Assembly (NCBI RefSeq): GCF_006345805.1
Contig: NC_043023.1
Span: 16,554,001 to 16,618,000, forward strand
Source of the DNA: Octopus sinensis
Lineage: Eukaryota
Reading direction: 5' to 3'
Length of the DNA stretch: 64,000 nt
Position numbers and translations under genes: made by a program. Positions within the stretch are counted from its first letter, which is position 1; each line of letters begins with the position of its first letter. Below the pieces are notes generated by a model. It made no database searches. It was not told the DNA's origin and was given only the letters and a program-made list of their open reading frames with translations. Positions 25,536 to 38,817 of the stretch are shown piece after piece.

Positions 25536-28500
25536 GGATATTTTCGGTTTGAATGGCAGTTTCTTCTAGCAGTGTCATATGAAATTGTAACCCATAATTA
25601 TGACCCTAGTATCGATCTATTGCATTTCAATCTGTTTTAGGGTTAGTTAGGGGTGGGGGGAAGGATATCTTTTTTTTACCTCAATGGACGTCATTGATTG
25701 GTTGAAATTGCAGAAATTGAAGGAAAGAAAACAACAAATATCTTACAACTATAGAATTTTCTCAATAAAGCCAAGAGAAAAAGATGTTTTATAAACACAT
25801 TCTACCAGTATACGAAGTTTAAAAATGTTTAGTTATGTGGAAATTATTTTAAAAAACTGCCGTTCAAACCGAAAAGATCCCAAATATCTTACAAACTATA
25901 GGATTTTCTCAATAAAGCCAAGAGAAAAAGATGTTTTATAAACACATTCTACCAGTATACGAAGTTTAAAAGTGTTTAGTTACGTGGAATTTTTTTAAAA
26001 AACTGCCGTTCAAACCGAAAAGATCCCAAATATCTTACAAACTATAGGATTTTCTCAATAAAGCCAAGAGAAAAAGATGTTTTATAAACATATTCTACCA
26101 GTATACGAAGTTTCAAAATGTTAGTTACGTGGAAATTATTTTAAAAAACTGCCGTTCAAACCGAAAAGATCCCAAATATCTTACAAACTATAGAATTTTC
26201 TCAATAAAGCCAAGAGAAAAAGATGTTTTATAAACACATTCTACAGTATACGAAGTTTAAAAGTGTTTAGTTACGTGGAAATTATTTTAAAAAACTGCCG
26301 TTCAAACCGAAAAGATCCCAAATATCTTACAAACTATAGAATTTTCTCAATAAAGCCAAGAGAAAAAGATGTTTTATAAACACATTCTACCAGTATACGA
26401 AGTTTAAAAGTGCTTAGTTACGTGGAAATTATTTTAAAAACTGCTGGTCAAACTGAAAAGATCCCAAATATCTTACAAACTATAGAATTTTCTCAATAAA
26501 GCCAAGAGAAAAAGATGTTTTATAAACACATTCTACCAGTATACGAAGTTTAAAAGTGTTTAGTTACGTGGAATTTATTTTAAAAAACTGCCGTTCAAAC
26601 CGAAAAGACCCAAATATCTTACAAACTATAGAATTTTCTCAATAAAGCCAAGAGAAAAAGATGTTTTATAAACACATTCTACCAGTATACAAAGTTTAAA
26701 AGTGTTTAGTTACGTGGAAATTATTTTAAAAAACTGCCGTTCAAACCGAAAAGACCCAAATATCTTACAAACTATAGAATTTTCTCAATAAAGCCAAGAG
26801 AAAAAGATGTTTTATAAACACATTCTACCAGTATACGAAGTTTAAAAGTGTTTAGTTACGTGGAATTATTTTAAAAAACTGCCGGTCAAACCGAAAAGAT
26901 CCCAAATATCTTACAAACTATAGAATTTTCTCAATAAAGCAAGAGAAAAAGATGTTTTATAAACACATTCTACCAGTATACCCAGTTTAAAAGTGTTTAG
27001 TTACGTGGAAATTATTTTAAAAAACTGCCGGTCAAACTGAAAAGATCCCAAATATCTTACAAACTATAGAATTTTCTCAATAAAGCCAAGAGAAAAAGAT
27101 GTTTTATAAACACATTCTACCAGTACACAAAGTTTAAAAGTGTTTAGTTACGTGGAATTTATTTTAAAAAACTGTCGTTCAAACCTAAAAGATCCCAAAT
27201 ATCTTACAAACTATAGAATTTTCTCAATAAAGCCAAGAGAAAAAGATGTTTTATAAACACATTCTACCAGTATACGAAGTTTAAAAGTGTTTAGTTACGT
27301 GGAAATTATTTTAAAAAACTGCCGGTCAAACCGAAAAGATCCCAAATATCTTACAAACTATAGAATTTTCTCAATAAAGCCAAGAGAAAAAGATGTTTTA
27401 TAAACACATTCTACCAGTATACGAAGTTTAAAAGTGTTTAGTTACGTGGAAATTATTTTTAAAAACTGCCGTTCAAACCGAAAAGATCCCAAATATCTTA
27501 CAAACTGTAGAATTTTCTCAATAAAGCCAAGAGAAAAAGATGTTTTATAAACACATTCTACCAGTATACAAAGTTTAAAAGTGTTTAGTTACGTGGAATT
27601 ATTTTAAAAAACTGTCGTTCAAACCGAAAAGATCCCAAATATCTTACAAACTATAGAATTTTCTCAATAAAGCCAAGAGAAAAAGATTTTTATAAACACA
27701 TTCTACCAGTATACAAAGTTTAAAAGTGTTTAGTTACGTGGAATTTATTTTAAAAAACTGCCGTTCAAACCGAAAAGATCCCAAATATCTTACAAACTAT
27801 AGAATTTTCTCAATAAAGCCAAGAGAAAAAGATGTTTTATAAACACATTCTATCAGTATACGAAGTTTAAAAGTGTTAGTTACGTGGAAATTATTTTAAA
27901 AAACTGTCGTTCAAACCGAAAAGATCCCAAATATCTTACAAACTATAGAATTTTCTCAATAAAGCAAGAGAAAAAGATGTTTTATAAACACATTCTACCA
28001 GTATACGAAGTTTAAAAGTGTTTAGTTACGTGGAATTATTTTAAAAAACTGCCGTTCAAACCGAAAAGATCCCAAATATCTTACAAACTATAGAATTTTC
28101 TCAATAAAGCCAAGAGAAAAAGATTTTTATAAACACATTCTACCAGTATACGAAGTTTAAAAGTGTTTAGTTACGTGGAAATTATTTTAAAAAACTGCCG
28201 GTCAAACCGAAAAGATCCCAAATATCTTACAAACTATAGAATTTTCTCAATAAAGCCAAGAGGAAAAGATGTTTTATAAACACATTCTACCAGTATACGA
28301 AGTTTAAAAGTGTTTAGTTACGTGGAAATATTTTAAAAAACTGCTGGTCAAACCGAAAAGATCCCAAATATCTTACAAACTATAGAATTTTCTCAATAAA
28401 GCCAAGAGAAAAAGATGTTTTATAAACACATTCTACCAGTATACAAAGTTTAAAAGTGTTTAGTTACGTGGAATTTATTTTAAAAAACTGCCGTTCAAAC

Positions 28501-29098
28501 CGAAAAGATCCCAAATATCTTACAAACTATAGAATTTTCTCAATAAAGCCAAGAGAAAAAGATGTTTTATAAACACATTCTACCAGTATACGAAGTTTAA
28601 AAGTGTTTAGTTACGTGGAAATTATTTTAAAAAACTGCCGGTCAAACCGAAAAGATCCCAAATATCTTACAACTATAGAATTTTCTCAATAAAGCCAAGA
28701 GGAAAAGATGTTTTTTAAACACATTCTACCAGTATACGAAGTTTAAAAGTGTTTAGTTACGTGGAAATTATTTTAAAAAACTGCTGGTCAAACCGAAAAG
28801 ATCCCAAATATCTTACAAACTATAGAATTTTCTCAATAAAGCCAAGAGAAAAAGATGTTTTATAAACACATTCTACCAGTATACAAAGTTTAAAAGTGTT
28901 TAGTTACGTGGAATTTATTTTAAAAAACTGTCGTTCAAACCGAAAAGATCCCAAATATCTTACAAACTATAGAATTTTCTCAATAAAGCCAAGAGAAAAA
29001 GATGTTTTATAAACACATTCTACCAGTATACGAAGTTTAAAAGTGTTTAGTTACGTGGAAATTATTTTAAAAAACCTCCAGTCAAACGGAAAAGATCC
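25536..29098 (+). repeat. MITE expanded into a satellite of ~23 x ~146-bp units
   Basis: Left TIR ggatattttcggtttgaatggcagttt at 25536. Unit caaatatcttacaaactatag...aaaactgccgttcaaaccgaaaagatcc repeats from ~25734 to 29098. 8-bp TSD aaggatta/aagggtta. Confidence 0.9.
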
Positions 29099-29574
29099 AA
29101 GGGTTAATACACATCAGTATCCTAGATTACTATGTCTAAAAGATTATATGTTCTCTTCAGATCATGTCCTCTTTTACAACATTAGCAAAGGGGATTAATT
29201 TTCTTCCTTCTAGCACAAAAGTGGAAAGGTCCATAGATCAGTCCATCATTTAGAAAAGTTAAAAAGCAAAAGTAAAGACAGTGGTTTTGTCAATTGTTGC
29301 TATTAATATTTTTCTCTTTGAATTCTTCTTTCACATGAACAATTAAATCATCATCATCATCATCATTTAACATCTGTTTCCATGCTAACATGGTTTGGAC
29401 GATTTGACTGAGGGCTGGCGAACCAGATGGCTGCACCAGGCTTCAATCTTGATCTGGCAAGACTTATTTTCAAGACTTATACATGCCCTGATACCGTTGG
29501 TATCTACATATCAAATTTGAGCGCAATCGGATGGAGGATGCCCGAGATCCTAGAAGACACACACAGACAGACAG

Positions 29575-29935
29575 ACAGAACAGATCAACATCAATGGAAA
29601 TTGCAGATGTGATACTAGTGCCGGTGGTACATAAGAGAACCATCCGATCATGGCCATTGCCAGCCTTGCCTGGCCCTCGTGCCGGTAGCACGTAAAATGC
29701 ACCAATCCGACCGTGGCCGTTGCCAGCCTCGTCTGGCACCTGTGCCGGTGGCACATAAAAAGCACCCACTGCACTCATGGAGTGGTTGACGTTAGGAAGG
29801 GCATCCAGCTGTAGAAACATTGCCAGATCAGACTGGGCCTGGTGCAGCCTTCTGGCTTCCCAGACCCCGGTCGAACCGTCCAACCCATGCTAGCATGGAA
29901 AGCGGACGCTAAACGATGGTGATGATGATGATGAG
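29575..29935 (+). mobile_element. RTE 3' UTR fragment
   Basis: aggaagggcatccagctgtagaaac ... ggaaagcggacgctaaacgatggtgatgatg. Confidence 0.7.
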
Positions 29936-30534
29936 ATCAGCTGAGTCCATCGAGAAGCTGGCCTCACCGCTTTCCTTCAGCCAGGAAGGGCAAGCAGTTA
30001 CCTTATCTCTCTGGTTGCCACTGCAAAAGGGATCATGTGGTAGACATGTCTGAAAGGGCTGATGACCAGCAGTTGTCCTTTTGTTGAAGCTCAAATAATC
30101 TTTTTCAGGTTTGAAGAAGAGACAAATAAGGATAAAGAGAAAAGTAAGGGTGGAAGTGCTGGCTTCCATTGCAGTTTCTTGATAGATGGGTGAGAGAGGT
30201 GAGCATTGCCTGAGTGTGCACCTGTAGACTGGGAGAGGGCATCCACCCTGGTGGTCAGGGAGACCATGGATTTTGTGGGCTTTCTCCCTGTGTGACTAGT
30301 TGCCATTGCAAAAGGGATCGTGTGATGGACATGTCTGAAAGCGCTGAAGACCAGCAATTGCCATTTTATCAAAACCCTAATAAACTTTTTCAGGTTTCAC
30401 TTGAAGAGGAAAATCAGGGTGGAGAGGTAAGTGCTGGCTTCCAAGCAGTTTGTTGAAAGGTGGGTGAGCATTACCTGAGTGAATGGGCCTTCTTTCAGAG
30501 TGTACCTGTATATTGGAGAGGAAAGACCGGGAGA

Positions 30535-31405
30535 CGGCATCAACCCGCTACGGAACAGATCAAGGTCTGAAAAATACAACAAACTACAGAAACCCATCAG
30601 GACAACAAATAATGGAAAAACAGTATGTGAAAGATTTAGGCATCCACATGGGAACCAGCCTAAAATTCAGAGAACACCTTGACTCAGTCTGTCTTACTGC
30701 AAGAAAGTACAGCGGGTGGATCTTGCACACCTTCAAATCAAGAGATACCTCAACAATGAAAACCCTCTGGAACAGTATGATACTTCCGAGGATTGACTAC
30801 TGTTCTCAGTTGTGGTCACCAACAACAAAAGGCCAACTATCTAAGATGGAATCGCTCCAAAGAAATTTTACCTCATACTTCTCAGAAACGAGGGACCTGG
30901 ACTATTGGCAAAGACTCAAAACCTTGAAGATGTACTCAATAGAAAGAAGATTTGAGCGATACCGAATTATATACATTTGGAAAATGATAGAGCAAAAGGT
31001 ACCAAACTTTGGTATCAAAACCTACCACTCACTGCGCCACGGAAGACGCTGCCAGCTACCACCAATCAACAAAAAGGCTGGCCAGGCAGCAAAAACCCTG
31101 CGAGAGTCAAGTCTGTTGGTTCGAGGAGCACAACTATTCAACTCCATTCCGGTACATGTCAGAAATCTATCAGGATGCAGTGTGGAATCATTCAATTTGC
31201 AGCTGGACAGATACTTAAGCACCATTAGAGATGAACCCCATCTCCCAGGATATACACAACGAGCACAAACTGACTCAAACTCGCTCCTACACATGTCAAA
31301 ATTAAACAGAGAATACAACCTGGCAACCACACCAGACTCGGAGGGTGGAGTCTTCGACTTGGCCTGAGCATGGACTCAAACTCAAATGAAATGAAATGAA
31401 ATGAA
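30535..31405 (+). mobile_element. 5'-truncated CR1-like LINE (RT C-terminus, (TGAAA)n tail), gene C specific
   Basis: ORF 30483-31367 with KDLGI, PRIDYCSQLWSP, LYSIERR-like motifs; tail gaaatgaaatgaaatgaaa. It interrupts a sequence that is contiguous in gene B (gggagagggcatccacc). Confidence 0.85.
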
Positions 31406-31617
31406 ACCCTGGTGGTCAGGGAGACCATGGATTTTGTGGGCTTTCTTTACGTGTAGCCCTTGAAAGTCCCCCCACTATCAGGGGTTTTACTTTGAATTTC
31501 TTTTATTCTTTGTATGACTTTTTACATGCTAAAACCCACACTGTACCCTCCCGAATGTTTTCCTTTGTGTTAGCCCTCTGTGGTTAATAAAGAAATTATT
31601 ATAAATCATTTCCTTAC

Positions 31618-31866
31618 TCTTTATATCCAAATCAATTTTTCCAACATTAAGGTTCTCATCTTCGAATTTCCAAGTCAAACATTTCTCAGTTACTTTTCTG
31701 ATCCAAAGCTTGGAGGTATCTCCACTATGTGTTACTTTATAGTCAGTGCCATCAGCGCATGTCCTGTCACATTCATATTTATAATTGTCGCACTTCCAAA
31801 CCACCGGTCGTTCCATATCAGATATTGTTATCGAAAGGGTGACGTTTCCATTGAGCACAGCAGTTC
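31618..31866 (-). CDS. Gene C Ig-like domain exon (249 nt, phase 1-1)
   Basis: Acceptor tttctttatttcag|GA, donor AAGA|gtaagg; (G)TAVLNGNVTLSITISDMERPVVWKCDNYKYECDRTCADGTDYKVTHSGDTSKLWIRKVTEKCLTWKFEDENLNVGKIDLDIK. Same length and phase in all three paralogs. Confidence 0.85.
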
Positions 31867-32146
31867 CTGAAATAAAGAAATCAGTTAAGAAGTTTGCTTT
31901 TCAATCATACGGTTCTGGGTTCAGTCCCACTGCAGAGCACCTTGGGAAAGTGTCTTCTACTACAGCATCAGGCTTGTGAGTGGATTTTCAAGATGGAAAC
32001 TGAAAGAAGCCCATTGTATGTGTGTGTGTATATATATACATACACACTTGTGTGTTTCAAAGGCTCGTGAGTGTATTTGATAGATGGAAACTGAAAGAAG
32101 CCCATTGTTTATATATACATATATATACATATATATATATACATAT

Positions 32147-32205
<59 letters not shown>

Positions 32206-32820
32206 CATATATATATAGGCGCAGGAGTGGCTGTGTGGTAAGTAGTTTGTTTACCAACCCCATGGTTCCGGGTTCAGTCCCACTGCGTGGCACCCTGGGC
32301 AAGTGTCTTCTACTGCAGCCTGTGTGGATTTGGTAGACGGAAACTGAAAGAAGCCTGTTGTTTGTTTATATGTGTGCTTGTTTCTCACTACCACTTGCCA
32401 ATAAGTATTGGTGTGTCTACGTCCCAGTAACTTAGTGGTTCAGCAAAAGAGACCAATAGAATAAGTCCTGGGGTCAATTCATTCAACCGGAAACCCTTTA
32501 AGGCAGAACATCAGCATCATTATGATGCCCCCTGTTCCATGCTTTGTGGATAAGAGTTTTTCATTCTCAACAGTAGGATGCTCTTCCTGTCACAAACCTT
32601 CATCTGTTTCCAAACAAGGCTATAACATCCCATATATACACACAGTGGGCTCCTTTTAGCTCCTGTCTACCTAATCCACTCACAAGGCTTTTGCTGGCCT
32701 GGGGCTATAGTGGAGGACACTTAAACAAGGTGCCATACAGGGGGACTGGACCTTAAATTATGCGCTTGGAAAGAAAAGTTCCTAATCACAGCCAGGCCTT
32801 CACCTCACGTCCAAATTTAA

Positions 32821-33350
32821 CCCTTTAGCATTTAAACTAGTGAATATCATCATCATCATCGTTTAACATCCGCTTTCCATGCTAGCATGGGTTGGACGAT
32901 TTTGACTGAGGGCTGGCGAACCAGATGGCTGCACCAGGCTCCAATCTTGATCTGGCAGAGTTTCTACAGCTGCATGTCCTTCCTAACGCCAACCACTCCG
33001 AGAGTGTAGTGGGTGCTTTTTATGTGCCACTGGCACGGGGGCCCCTCAGGTGGTACTGGCAAAGACCTCGCTCGAATCTTTTTACACATGCCACCGGCAC
33101 AGGTGCCAGTAAGGTGACGTTGGTAACGATCACGCTCGAATGGTGCCTAGTGATATCAGATCCAAGTACTCTACTTGTCTGATGTTCAAACTAGCCATAT
33201 CTGACCTCTCCCATCTAAACTACAATGTCATTCTGGAAATAAAGCATCACATCATTGAAATCTCAAAGCTATGAGATAATCCATGATTAATCCAAAACAT
33301 TGAGAATAAAAAAGGATTACATTTGACCGAATAATCTGAATGCTAAAGGG
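32821..33350. mobile_element. piggyBac-type MITE (TTAA|CCC...GGG|TTAA) interrupted by an RTE tail
   Basis: ttaa-ccctttagcatt at 32817 and aatgctaaaggg-ttaa at 33354; RTE 3' UTR (minus) at ~32845-33135. Confidence 0.65.
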
Positions 33351-33599
33351 TTAATAGTTTTGCCCCTGGAAATTAAAAGGGAAAATGTGCAATAGAGACC
33401 ATCAAAAGAAATTAGACATCTAATTACACTCAGCCTAATGAGTTTTAATTTAATGAGATTTATGTTTACTGGAACATAACTTCATCAGACATGGGTGTAC
33501 CCCTGATTAAACCATGTCCCTATCCACTCACTCCCACCCACCCTTATATAATGCAGGGTCACTGCAGTAAGACACGGTTTCCTGTCCTTCTATCATACC

Positions 33600-33995
33600 C
33601 ATTTCTTTACTACCCATAAGGGGCTAAATGAGGACAGACAAACGGATTAAGGCGATTACATCGACCCCAGTGCGTAACTTGTCCTTAATTTATCGATCCC
33701 GAAAGGATGAAAGACAAAGTCAACCTCGGCGGAATTCGAACTCAGAACGTAAAGACAGACGAAATACCTATTTCTTTACTACCCTCAAGGGGCTAAACAT
33801 AGAGGAGACAAACAAGGGCAGACATAGGTATTAAGTCGATTACATCGACTCCAGTGCATAACTGGTACTTATTTAATCAACCCCAAAAGGATGAAAGGTA
33901 AAGTCGACCTTAGCGGAATTTGAACTCAGAATGTAGCGGCAGACGATATACCGCTAAGCCTTTTCGCCCGCCGTGCTAACGATTCTGCCAGCTCA
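33600..33995 (-). mobile_element. SINE family N tandem units (shared with gene B, 49780-50300)
   Basis: Consensus match; orthologous position in both paralogs. Confidence 0.7.
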
Positions 33996-34312
33996 CCTGT
34001 GTTTCTATCATACCTGGTATACCTCTCAACACCTGACATAAAACCATCTCCCTCTCTACTATGCTCTTCAGTGAAGGTTTGTTTCCTTCCTCTTCCTTTG
34101 CCTTTCCCGTTATTTGGTGACTTCACTAGGGGCCAGTTATGTGCAAAGAAAGGCTCCAGTGCACTGTAAAATGATTGGCACCGAAAAGGGGTCAATGATG
34201 CCAGCATGGAACGTGGACCTTGAATGACGGAGGATAAGCATCGTAACCATAATCCTCTTTAGAATGACAATCATAATCCCAGAGAAATGGAAACCAATTC
34301 AGTAGTGTTTAT

Positions 34313-34710
34313 ATCATCCTCATTGTTTAACGTCCACTTTCCATGCTAGCATGGGTTGGATGGATCGACCGGGGTCTGTGAAGCCAGAAGGCTGCACCAG
34401 GCCCAATCTGATCTGGCAATGTTTCTACAGCTGGATGCCCTTCCTAACGCCAACCACTCCGTGAGTGTAGTGTAGTGGGTGCTTTTTATGTGCCAGGTGA
34501 GGCTGGCAAACGGCCAAGATCGGCTGGTGCTTTTTACATGCCACTGGCACGGAGGCCCGTCGGGGCGGCGCTGGCCACGTTCCGATGGTGCTTTTTACGT
34601 GCCACCGGCACTGGTATCACAGCTACAATTTCCATTGATGTTGATCGATTTTGATTTTGATTCCACTTGCCTCAACAGGTCTTCACAAGTAGAGTTTTGT
34701 GTCCCAAGAA
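34313..34710 (-). mobile_element. RTE 3' UTR fragment, absent from gene B
   Basis: Matches the RTE tail; gene B joins 50605-50610 without it. Confidence 0.7.
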
Positions 34711-35086
34711 GGAAAGGTATGCATAATAAAAAAGGAAAGGTGTGCAATAATAAAAAAATGCACCCACCACACTTTGTAAAGGGGTCAGTGTTAGGAAGGT
34801 CATCAAGAAATCGAAACCTTGCCAATGCCTGCAAAGGAGCCTGCCACAATGCTGTGGCTTGTTGGATCCATGGCAAGATTGAAGGTGGCCATTTTATAAG
34901 TACCCCCACAAGCCATCTTGACCCTGGTTAAAACCCACTGCTCTAGTGTTTCCTCAATGTGTATTTCTGGCTCTTTAGCCCTTCTCGATGGTCAGAATAA
35001 AAACTTTAAAGAAACCAAAAGCAAAATAGTGACTAAAAGCTTTGAATTAAGAGAAAGAAATAGAAGACAGAACTGAAAAGGTAATG

Positions 35087-35514
35087 GGATCTTTTCGGTT
35101 TGAACGGCAGTTTTTTCTAGCGGTGTCATATGAAATTGTCACCCATAATTATGACCCTAGTATCGATCTATTGCATTTCAATCTGTTTTAGGGTTAAAGT
35201 TAGGATTAGGGGTGGGGGAAGGGTATCTTTCCTTCTTCAGAAACGTAAATAAACTCAATCTGTTTCTTAAACGAGGGACATATTCATACGGCACAGAATG
35301 TGCTTTTTTTTACCTCAATAGACGTCATTGATTGGTTGAAATTGCAGAAATTGAAGGAAAAAAAACAACAAATATCTTACAACTATAGAATTTTCCCGAT
35401 AAAGCCAAGAGAAAAAGATGTTTTATAAACACATTCTACCAGTATACGAAGTTTAAACGTGTCTAGTTACGTGGAAATTATTTTTAAAAACTGCCGGTCA
35501 AACGGAAAAGATCC
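35087..35514 (+). mobile_element. MITE, 428 bp, ~28-bp TIRs, 8-bp TSD (hAT/Merlin/P class); parent of the 146-bp satellite
   Basis: aggtaatg|ggatcttttcggtttgaacggcagtttt ... aaaactgccggtcaaacggaaaagatcc|aggtaatg. Confidence 0.85.
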
Positions 35515-35565
35515 AGGTAATGTCTAGTTTAAAAGGGGAAAAAGGTTTGTTTATCCATTATTTAC

Positions 35566-35604
35566 CACTTTGCTTAATTTCATAACTTGCCGCACTTGCC
35601 AAAC
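35566..35604 (-). CDS. Gene C 39-nt mini-exon (end of signal peptide + mature N-terminus)
   Basis: Acceptor ttttcatcttttacag|GT, donor G|gtaaat; (C)LASAASYEIKQS(G), phase 1-1. Needed because joining exon 1 directly to the Ig exon would create TGA. Confidence 0.8.
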
Positions 35605-36471
35605 CTGTAAAAGATGAAAACAAATTTTTGATTTTAAGATGAAATTATTCAAAATATTGTGAATAAATGAACGTTACATTAGAAGGAAAATGGCTATTTC
35701 ATTGGCAGAGTTTCAGATCAGGATCTCCACAAGGGTTAGATTACTCTTACTCTTTACTTGTCTCAGCCACCTGACTGCGGCCATGCTAGAGCACCGCCTT
35801 TAGTCGAGCAAATCGACCCCGGGACTTATTCTTTGTAAGCCCAGTACTTATTCTATCGGTCTCTTTTGCTGAACCGCTAAGTGACGGGGACGTAAATACA
35901 CCAGCATCGGTTGTCGAGCAGTGCTACGGGGACAAACACAGACACACAAACACATATATATACGACGGGCTTCTTTCAGTTTCCGTCTACCAAATCCACT
36001 CACAACGCTTTGGTCGGCCCGGGGCTATAGCAGAAGACCCTTGCCCAAGATGCCACGCAGTGGGTAAAAAGTACCTGTCAAAACAGAGATAGACCAATTT
36101 ATGTGGGTGCCCTATTCCAGACCCCTGTCAAATGGCAGACTGACAAATAAACCTTTACCGAAAAGGATTTTGCCATGGTTTTCGAGGGCTTAGTGCAAAA
36201 AAAAAAATCGGTCTGGGGCTGGGTAGAGAAGGGATTCAGGTGAAAAAAATGACTGAAACAAGTAAAAGAGTATATATTTTAGTGTTTGTATATTATTACA
36301 TCAAAGGTTAATGTAGAAAAAATTTAGTTATTACACACACATTAATACCGACAAATCCTAAGTTTCATGTGAGACAACCAATTTTTTTTTTAATAAATTT
36401 TCAAAAATTGTTTTTTTTCATAAAAAGCTTTCTCCTATCATCTTTAAAAATATATAATAGAGAAACAATTC

Positions 36472-37711
36472 TTAACCCTTTTGATACCAACCTGGCTGAA
36501 ACCACCTCTGACCCTGTAGTACAAATGTCTTGTTTTCATAAGTCTTGAATTAAAATCTTCCACCAAACCTTAGTCACAATTTATGTTCCTAATACTAGCT
36601 TAATGATGACTAAATTATTTACTAAATTCTTTGTTATATTTAAAATTAATTGAAAGAAAGAAACACAGAAAATCTCAACAGAAATATGGTAACAAAAGGG
36701 TTAAAAATATATAATAGAGAAACAATTCTTAACCCTTTTGATATGAACCTGGCTGAAACCACCTCTGACCCTGTAGTACAAATGTCTTGTTTTCAAAAGT
36801 TTTGAATTAATATCTTCCACCAAACCTTAGTCACAATTTATGTTCCTAACACTAGCTTAATAATAACTAAGTTATTTTACTAAATTCTTTATTATATTTA
36901 AAATAATTGAAAGAAACACAGAGCATCTCAACAGAAATATGGTAACAAAAGGCTTAAAAATATATAATAGAGAAACAATTCTTAACCTTTTGTTACCAAC
37001 CCGGCTGAAACCGGCTCTGGCTCTGAGTACAAATGTCTTGTTTTCATAAGTTTTGAATCAAAATCTTCCACCAAACCTTAGTCACAATTTATGTTCCTAA
37101 CACTAGCTTAACAATAACTAAGTTATTTTACTAAATTCTTTGTTATATTTAAAATTAATTGAAAGAAACACAGAACATCTCAACAGAAATATGGTAACAA
37201 AAGGCTTAAAAATATATAATAGAGAAACAATTCTTAACCCTTTTGTTACCAACCCGGCTGAAACCACCTCTGACCCGTAGTACAAATGTCTTTTTTCATA
37301 AGTTTTGAATTAAAATCTTCCAACAAACCTTAGTCACAATTTATGTTCCTGACACTAGCTTAATGATAACTAAGTTATTTTACTAAATTCTTTGTAATAT
37401 TTAAAATAATTGAAAAGAAACATAGAGCATCTCAACAGAATATGGTAACAAAAGGCTTAAAAATATATAATAGAGAAACAATTCTTAACCTTTTGTTACC
37501 AACCCGGCTGAAACCAACTCTGACCCTGTAGTAAAATGTCTTGTTTTCATAAGTCTTGAATGAAAATCTTCCACCAAACCTTAGTCACAATTTATGTTCC
37601 TAACACTAGCTGAATGATGACTAAGTTATTTTACTAAATTCTTTGTAATATTTAAAATAATTGAAAGAAACACAGAGCATCTCAAAATAAATACAGTGAC
37701 GAAAGGCTTAA
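36472..37711. repeat. Five tandem ~252-bp units (TTAA-flanked MITE + 22-bp host spacer)
   Basis: Units start ~36472, 36729, 36982, 37234 and 37485; each is ttaacccttttg[a/t]tacc ... ggtaacaaaagg[g/c]ttaa + aaatatataatagagaaacaattc. Confidence 0.8.
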
Positions 37712-37858
37712 GTGTGTTATGAAAAAAACCCATTTGAAAAGTCCCCATCAAAACAGAGAAAACCCAATTGATGTAGGACGTATTTCAGATTTGTGTCCAC
37801 CTGTATAGGGGTAATTAACAAGAGTGAATTATGAAGAAAAAGAATAATAAAAACTTAC

Positions 37859-37895
37859 AAAATAATGCAGACAAACAGAACTTTAGAATGTCCAT
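37859..37895 (-). CDS. Gene C first coding exon (signal peptide start)
   Basis: Acceptor gttgtttttcag| at 37921/37920, ATG at 37895, MDILKFCLSALF, donor T|gtaagt, phase 1. Confidence 0.8.
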
Positions 37896-38817
37896 GATCT
37901 GTGAAAATAATTTTCTAAACCTGAAAAACAACAAAAATATTTCAGTTCCACTAATTTCACACAAGCAAACAATAGTAGATATCTAATTAAGAGTCATCGT
38001 CATCATCATTATTATCGTCGAACGTCCGTAATCTTAACGGATGATACTAAAAATTAAATGCTTTAGTTTCACTTTCATAAATATAATCTTAACTCTCTGA
38101 TGTGTCAGAGAAATTTCGCTTAATAATACGCAATTTTTTCTTCATAAATTTGATAAGATTTTAATTACATTATGTATTTGTCCTTCATACAGAAAAATCA
38201 AACGTTGTTTACCGTTTTTCCGGGTGTGAAAACCTAGTTTAGGGAATCGCTCGCCTGAAATCGTCCACAAATTTTCAAGATATCACGGGAGAAATACGAA
38301 AATGAAAGTGTTAAAGAGAGACAATTGATGAGATGACTCATATAAACGGAACCTTTCCATCGATCCGATCCGATCCGATTCGGTAGAATGTGTCGTATAA
38401 AACATCTTTTACTCTGAGTGTTGTTGAGAAAAATTTGTATTTTCGAAGTTATTTCGTTTTAAAGTTGGTGTATTTCGGTAATTTTAACCAATCAATGACG
38501 TGAATAAAATTACTGCGGTTCTTTGTCGACTTCCGGCGGTGTATACATTTCGTTTGTCACTGTTATTTATGGACCTATTTTATCTCAATTACGTTTGTAT
38601 GAATAAATAAACGAATCTATCTGAAGCATGTTTATTTCATGACAGCACCACCATCGTTCGGGCATTTCTACTGCTTTTAGGGTTTTTTCAGCTATTTTCG
38701 GAAAGACGTTTTTGTCCTCCCTCCTCTTCCAATTTCTTCATAAATAAATAATAGTGAAATTATTGTATACAGTGCTCAGGTGCACCACAACTTGTCAAAA
38801 GTGCGTATAAAGCATAT

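Noticed and set aside
25734-29098. CRISPR-like regular array
   Set aside because: Units are near-identical over their full length with no unique spacers, derive from a MITE arm, and sit in a eukaryotic context with no cas genes.
30091-30456. Recurrent ORFs MTKWQLLVFSAFR... / MCTCRLGEGIHPGG... (also 46320-47699)
   Set aside because: They recur because the DNA is tandemly repeated; frames are not preserved between copies and no domain is recognisable.
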